A DNA stretch of 64,000 nt from the NCBI GenBank assembly GCA_050633305.1, contig JBOEGF010000036.1:32001-96000 (forward strand). The letters run 5' to 3'. A program made the position numbers and the translations under genes. Within the stretch, counting starts at the first letter, position 1; each line of letters begins with the position of its first letter. This document shows, in pieces, positions 59,182 to 64,000 of the stretch. The stretch comes from Nannocystales bacterium (GTDB lineage Bacteria > Myxococcota_A > Polyangia > Nannocystales > Nannocystaceae). The notes under the pieces are model-generated. The model did not search any database, was not told the origin of the DNA, and worked only from the letters and a program-made list of their open reading frames with translations.

Positions 59182-60530
59182 GCGAACAAAGACACTCCGT
59201 CCTCGTCGTCGACGACAAGCCGAACATGCTGCGACTGATGACCAAGGTCCTTGGTGGTGTCGCGCAAGTCCACACGGCGGACAATGGGAATGATGCGATG
59301 GCGCTCCTCGACCGCGAAGTGGTCGATGTCGTCCTGTGCGACCTCAGGATGCCCGACCTCACGGGACTCGAAATGCTGCGGTTTTGCAAAGCGCGGCAGC
59401 CCCGTGCGCGGTTCATTTTGATGACCGCCTACGCAAGCGTGGAGACGGCAGTCACGGCGCTCAAGGATGGCGCATACGACTACTTGACGAAGCCCTTCGA
59501 CCCTGACGAAGCGAAGACTACGGTGCTGCGAGCACTGCACAGCGTCCGGCCAAGGCCTGCTGTCGCGGAGGGCGACGAGGTGCTCCCTGGGGTCCATGCG
59601 CGCTCCTACGTGATGAGAGAACTCGCCGCGGTGGTTCAGCAGATCGGACCGACGAGCCTCAGTATCCTCATCGGCGGAGAGTCAGGCGCGGGCAAGAGGC
59701 GGCTCGCCCACGCAGTCCATCGCCTCTCTGCGTTTCGCGACCACTCCTTCCACCGCTTGGATTGCGCCTCGCTTCCGCCTGGAGGAGTGCAAGAGGCGCT
59801 CGCGCGGCTCGGCCGCTCGGGACCCGAGTCTCCGTCCGTCTCGTTCGTGTCCGGGACTCTCCTCGTCGACGAAGTGGATGCGCTGGGAGCTGCCGACCAA
59901 GCGGCCTTGGAGCATGCGCTCGAGCGCATGCGCGGGACCTCGCTGCCTGTGAGTCCCGGTGTTCGACTGGTCACCACGACGCGGCGCAACCTGGATGCGA
60001 TGGTGGCTGACGGGGCCTTTCGGCGCGACTTGTTCCTCCAAATCCGGGTTGCGTCGCTCGCGGTCCCTCCTTTGAGGAAGCGATCCGAGGACATTCCGGT
60101 TCTCGCCGCGAGCCTGTTGCGCGCAGCGGAGTCCGAGACAGCCGGCCTGCGCGGGTTCACGGCCGGCGCCATGGAGCGCCTCTGCGCGGCGGCCTGGCCT
60201 GGCAACGTTCGCGAGCTTCGGTCGGTGATCGAGCATGCGGTGGCCCACGCAGGCCCCGACAGCATCGGACTGGAGGCACTCCCAGAGTGGATCCAAGGCG
60301 AGGCCGCGTTCGAAACGCCGTGGGAAACGCTGACCTGGTCAGACGCCCTGGCGCGCGGACGCGCGGACGTGGCGCGCCGGTATCTCATCGCCCTGCTCGA
60401 GCGTTTCGGGGGCGACGTCGTGGCCGCCGCTGCGCAAGCTTCGGTGGAGAGGGAGAGCTTTTATCGCCTCTTGCGCCGACATGGCATCCAGCCCGAGGGC
60501 TTCCGGAGCGCGGACCAGGACGAGGAGTAA
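59178..60530 (+). CDS. NtrC-family response regulator (REC-AAA+-HTH) lacking the GAFTGA loop
   Basis: VVDD/DLRMP receiver; GESGAGK; VDEV; FRRDLF; WPGNVREL; no ESELFGH..GAFTGA. Confidence 0.9.
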   Translation: MSEQRHSVLVVDDKPNMLRLMTKVLGGVAQVHTADNGNDAMALLDREVVDVVLCDLRMPDLTGLEMLRFCKARQPRARFILMTAYASVETAVTALKDGAYDYLTKPFDPDEAKTTVLRALHSVRPRPAVAEGDEVLPGVHARSYVMRELAAVVQQIGPTSLSILIGGESGAGKRRLAHAVHRLSAFRDHSFHRLDCASLPPGGVQEALARLGRSGPESPSVSFVSGTLLVDEVDALGAADQAALEHALERMRGTSLPVSPGVRLVTTTRRNLDAMVADGAFRRDLFLQIRVASLAVPPLRKRSEDIPVLAASLLRAAESETAGLRGFTAGAMERLCAAAWPGNVRELRSVIEHAVAHAGPDSIGLEALPEWIQGEAAFETPWETLTWSDALARGRADVARRYLIALLERFGGDVVAAAAQASVERESFYRLLRRHGIQPEGFRSADQDEE

Positions 60531-60608
60531 CCTCCCCGGTCTCACTGTCTTGGGAGGGCCCGCAGATGTTTCAGCCCGCGGATCGGGTGTCGCTGGCATG
60601 CATGTCTC

Positions 60609-61184
60609 GTGGCGAGTCTTCCCACGGTGTTGCGCCGACCGCTCGTGGTCGTTCTAGCCACCTCTGGAGTCCCGTACGTCGGACTTGTGGGCTTCTTGCT
60701 CTTCGAGCACTGGACCGTCGAGGCCATCACCCGTCCCGAGGGGGGGTTCTTTTCCATCCTGGCGGTCGTCGGAGGTCTCGTTCCTCTAACGGCGCTGGTG
60801 ATCGTGTTTCTCCGACTGGTGCGCGACACCTCCCGCTTCAGAGTCAGCGTCCTTCTCGAGTTGTATGCAGGGATGCTCGTGGTGTTCGCGAGCTTGGACT
60901 CACTCCTTCAATGTGCCGCCACCAAAGCCGCGTTCGCAGGCGCACCCATGCTCTGGGACGGGACGGCGCACTCACTCGCCGACCATATCGAACGGACCCA
61001 TGCCGTGTTCGGCACCATGCTCTACTTCAGCGTCGTCACCATGACGACGTTGGGGTTTGGCGACATCACGCCGGTCTCGGCTTCCGCCCGCGTTCTGACC
61101 GCTGCACAAGCCCTCTGCGGGGTGTCGTTCGTGAGCGTTTCGGTGGGTTACTACTTCGCGGTCTGCTCCTCCCGCCGATGCTGA
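60609..61184 (+). CDS. Potassium/ion channel family protein
   Basis: LYFSVVTMTTLGFGDITP pore motif flanked by TM helices. Confidence 0.82.
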   Translation: MASLPTVLRRPLVVVLATSGVPYVGLVGFLLFEHWTVEAITRPEGGFFSILAVVGGLVPLTALVIVFLRLVRDTSRFRVSVLLELYAGMLVVFASLDSLLQCAATKAAFAGAPMLWDGTAHSLADHIERTHAVFGTMLYFSVVTMTTLGFGDITPVSASARVLTAAQALCGVSFVSVSVGYYFAVCSSRRC

Positions 61185-61345
61185 AGGCTCGCAACACGAG
61201 CTGCGGTAACTCGCGGGACGAGGCCGAAACTGAGCCAGTGGTCGACTGGGTCACCCTGCGCGCGGACGTAGCCGCAGGTTCTGCGCGCAGGCCGAAAGAC
61301 GTTCTCGGACGAACCGTTCGCCGCTTCACATCGTATCGTTCGCGT

Positions 61346-62431
61346 ATGGCTCGCCCCTGCCTGATCTTCCTCGCTCTGGCCATCGGTTGTTCGGCGGAGG
61401 TCGAGTTGCGGGTGTTCGGTGAGGCGTATGCCGAGCAGGGCATCGAACCGGACGAGGTTGTCGGCGGATGGGCCCTCGAGTTTTCTGAACTCGTCGTCTC
61501 GCTCGACGACGTGCGATTGTCCCCGCAGGGGGAGGTTGGCGATGGAGGCTATGTCTTCGATCTGGCAGCCGATTCATCACGTCGCGGGCACTTGCTTGCC
61601 ACAACGGACGCGGGGCTCGGATCGGTGAACATGGCCCATTTCAGAGTGGCGATGCCCACACAGGTCGTGGGCGGCAATGCGACTGCACAGCAGATTGAGC
61701 GGATGCGCTTAGAGAAACTCGCGTTTTGGGTCAGCGGCAGGGCGTCTCGTATGGGCGAGGACGTCTTGTTTGCATGGGGGATCCCGGCCGATATTTCCTA
61801 CGACTGCCCCCTGAGCACCGACGTCGCAGCGGGTGATGTGGCGAGGGTCGAGCTCACGATGCACGCTGACCACCTCTTCGTTGATGATCTCGAAGTGGGC
61901 GCTGAAGTGGCGTTCGATGCGATCGCAGGTGCAGACTCGAACAGTGACGGCTCGGTCTCGGCTGCCGAACTCGGGCAGGTGTCGCTGGCCGGGCTCGCTC
62001 GTTATCAAACCGGAGGACGCCGCGACATCGACACCCTGTGGAAGTTCATCGGGGCCGCTTCGCTGACGATGGCGCATGTGGACGGCGAGGGGACCTGCAC
62101 GCCGAGGCTCGTCCCGGACGCGTTTGCGGATCCCACGCCTGCGCCAACCGACCCGCCTCGGGCGATGGCGCTGTACGCCGAGCACTGTGCGTCATGCCAC
62201 GGCGACGAAGGCCGCGGCGATGGTCCCGGCGCCGCCGGGGTCCTGCCGGCAGCGACGGACCTCACCGCGCTCCGGGGCGAAGCGTCGACGCTGCCCTACA
62301 TTGCGTTCCGGATTGCGGTCGGTGGCGCGATGTTCCCGTACGCGTCGAGCATGCCGGGGTACGCCGATTCGCTCGACGCGACGGACCGAGGGTTGCTCGC
62401 GGACTACGTCGCGGGGCTAAGCGGTCCTTGA
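61346..62431 (+). CDS. Lipoprotein with C-terminal cytochrome c domain
   Basis: AIGC lipobox; HADHLF; EF-hand-like DSNSDGSVSAAEL; CASCHG...GRGDGP...MP. Confidence 0.82.
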   Translation: MARPCLIFLALAIGCSAEVELRVFGEAYAEQGIEPDEVVGGWALEFSELVVSLDDVRLSPQGEVGDGGYVFDLAADSSRRGHLLATTDAGLGSVNMAHFRVAMPTQVVGGNATAQQIERMRLEKLAFWVSGRASRMGEDVLFAWGIPADISYDCPLSTDVAAGDVARVELTMHADHLFVDDLEVGAEVAFDAIAGADSNSDGSVSAAELGQVSLAGLARYQTGGRRDIDTLWKFIGAASLTMAHVDGEGTCTPRLVPDAFADPTPAPTDPPRAMALYAEHCASCHGDEGRGDGPGAAGVLPAATDLTALRGEASTLPYIAFRIAVGGAMFPYASSMPGYADSLDATDRGLLADYVAGLSGP

Positions 62432-62461
62432 CAAGGCATCCGGGGTGCGACAAGTTGTCGC

Positions 62462-62863
62462 ATGATGGATGCGGCACCCCTACGACTCCAGCGCTGGCCA
62501 ATGTTGGTCGCCGCGCTGATGGCCGTGGTGCTGCTCCTGAGCGCGGGTTGGGCAGGGTCGTGGGCCTGTGAGATGGGCGGCTCGAGCGGGTGTGCGTGTC
62601 CGTGCGGGAGCGAGGCGCCCGAGGCGATGCCTCGAGACGCCGCCCAGCGCCCGCGCTGTTGCGCATCCGAGGACTCCACAGACGTGGTGGTCGCCGGGGT
62701 GGTTGGCGAATCGTTTGAGCCGTGGGTGCCGGATGCACGCGTCTCCCCAACACCGCGGAGGTTTGTTTCGGTGCTGCGCTCCGGTTTGCCGAGGCCGGGG
62801 GCGAGCCGAGCTCCGCCGCGGAAGACGTCGGTGTTCCTGAGTCATCAGGCGCTGCTGCTCTGA
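62462..62863 (+). CDS. Cys-rich exported protein of the type that precedes metal-efflux operons
   Basis: Signal peptide; CEM, CACPC, CC; C-terminal RAPP...LL. Confidence 0.7.
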   Translation: MMDAAPLRLQRWPMLVAALMAVVLLLSAGWAGSWACEMGGSSGCACPCGSEAPEAMPRDAAQRPRCCASEDSTDVVVAGVVGESFEPWVPDARVSPTPRRFVSVLRSGLPRPGASRAPPRKTSVFLSHQALLL

Positions 62864-62947
62864 GGGACGTCGTCGCCGAATGTCGCGACCGCGGTGACCT
62901 CTGGTCGTCCGCGCCTTCACGTTTTCTCGTGTCTCCAAGGACTCTCC

Positions 62948-64000
62948 ATGACCTTCTTTGGCCGCTGCCGTGGCCTATACATTCTCGGATCGCTCTCCGC
63001 GGCTCTGCCCGGGTGCGGGTCCACATCGCCGCAACTCGCTCGAGAGCTTCACGCCGTCGAAACGACGCTCGCCGAGCCCGTGTCCCAAGAGGACACTAAG
63101 GCTGCCTCCGGGGAATTCGACGGCACCCTCGGCGGGTACTTGGCGTACGCCTATGCCCACAGCCCTGCGCTGCGGGCGAGCTTTGAGACCTGGCGCGCGG
63201 CGACGTTCCGCCCCGATCAAGAGCGCCGCCTGCCCGAGCCCACGATCTCCTATGCGGTCTTTTTGCGGAGCGTGGAGACGCGGGTCGGTCCGCAGCGACA
63301 TCGATTCGGAGCCTCGCAGTGGTTCCCGTGGCCCACCAAGCTGCGGGCCGGGAGCGACGCCGCGGAACTCGAAGCCCAGGCCGCCCAGCGCAGGTTCGAG
63401 GGCCATGCTCTGTACATCGCCGCCGACGTTTCGGCAGCGTACTGGACCCTGTGGCGCCTGCATCGGCAGGCCGAGGTGCTGCGCGATGAGATCGACGTGT
63501 TGCAGAGCCTGTCCGAGCAGGTTCGAGGCCGCCTTTCTGTCGGTGCGGCCGAGCTTTCGGACCTCGCGCAGATCGACCTGATGGGCTCCCAGGCTCGGGA
63601 CCGGCACGCAAGCGTGCTCGAGCGTCAGCGGGTCGCGAGCATTCAGCTCGTGCGCGTGCTGGGCGCGCCGGACGACACTCCGACGCCGGTCAGTCGGCGG
63701 GAGCCCGAGGTCGCGGGGTTGGCTGAAACGCCCCAGGAACTTCGTGCGGCGGCGGCCGAGCATCCCGATGTGCAAACCCTGGCCACGCTCTCCGACGCTG
63801 CGGGGCAGCGCGAGCGTCAGGCTCGAGCCGAGCGGGCGCCGAGCTTCGGGGTGGGGGTGGATTGGATTCTCACAGGGGAGGCCCCGGCCAACCCAGGCCC
63901 TGCGGACAGCGGAAAGGACGCCGTCGCGCTTACCTTCTCGATGAAGGTACCGCTGTGGTCCCGGGCTTACAAAGCCGGCGAGGCGGAGGCTCGTGCCCGA
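62948..64000 (+). CDS. TolC/CusC-family outer-membrane efflux protein (partial, runs off the window)
   Basis: LPGC lipobox; AHSPALRA...LPEP...VETRVGPQ...SQWFPWPTKL. Confidence 0.88.
   Translation, partial: MTFFGRCRGLYILGSLSAALPGCGSTSPQLARELHAVETTLAEPVSQEDTKAASGEFDGTLGGYLAYAYAHSPALRASFETWRAATFRPDQERRLPEPTISYAVFLRSVETRVGPQRHRFGASQWFPWPTKLRAGSDAAELEAQAAQRRFEGHALYIAADVSAAYWTLWRLHRQAEVLRDEIDVLQSLSEQVRGRLSVGAAELSDLAQIDLMGSQARDRHASVLERQRVASIQLVRVLGAPDDTPTPVSRREPEVAGLAETPQELRAAAAEHPDVQTLATLSDAAGQRERQARAERAPSFGVGVDWILTGEAPANPGPADSGKDAVALTFSMKVPLWSRAYKAGEAEARAR

Overview
High-GC genomic window, most likely from a myxobacterium (Nannocystaceae/Polyangia-like; inferred from Cys-rich DUF4215-type repeats, many Ser/Thr/Asp-rich lipoproteins and an AgmX/PglI-type lipoprotein). 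Positions 1-30 kb hold ordinary to accessory chromosomal genes: methyltransferase, GST, VOC, PilZ, acyl-CoA dehydrogenase, TatT, MAPEG/TetR, GNAT, a FecR-TPR module, a GH79 hydrolase, an SLC5-STAC-Hpt-CheA-type sensor and an IS3 stub. A displaced tmRNA-like 3' end with a hairpin and short tandem repeats at ~30.05 kb looks like the att boundary of a genomic island. The island first carries a defence-type cluster (30.9-53.8 kb): MBL hydrolase, HEXXH protein, DUF3800, a coupled pair of an N-terminal-Gly protein and a QatC/QueC-like enzyme with an extra C-terminal domain, followed by tandem palindromes, an Rpn/hsdR chimeric remnant coupled to a Zn-ribbon HEPN-like gene, an Avs2-like STAND NTPase, and a SNF2 helicase (frameshifted)-Mre11-Rad50 operon. 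A heavy-metal/copper-type cluster follows (54.4-64 kb): His/Cys-rich lipoproteins, cytochromes c, a two-component system, a K+ channel and TolC. The best candidate for an undescribed system is the two-gene QueC module at 36.2-39.2 kb. All calls come from motif recognition by eye; no database searches were run.
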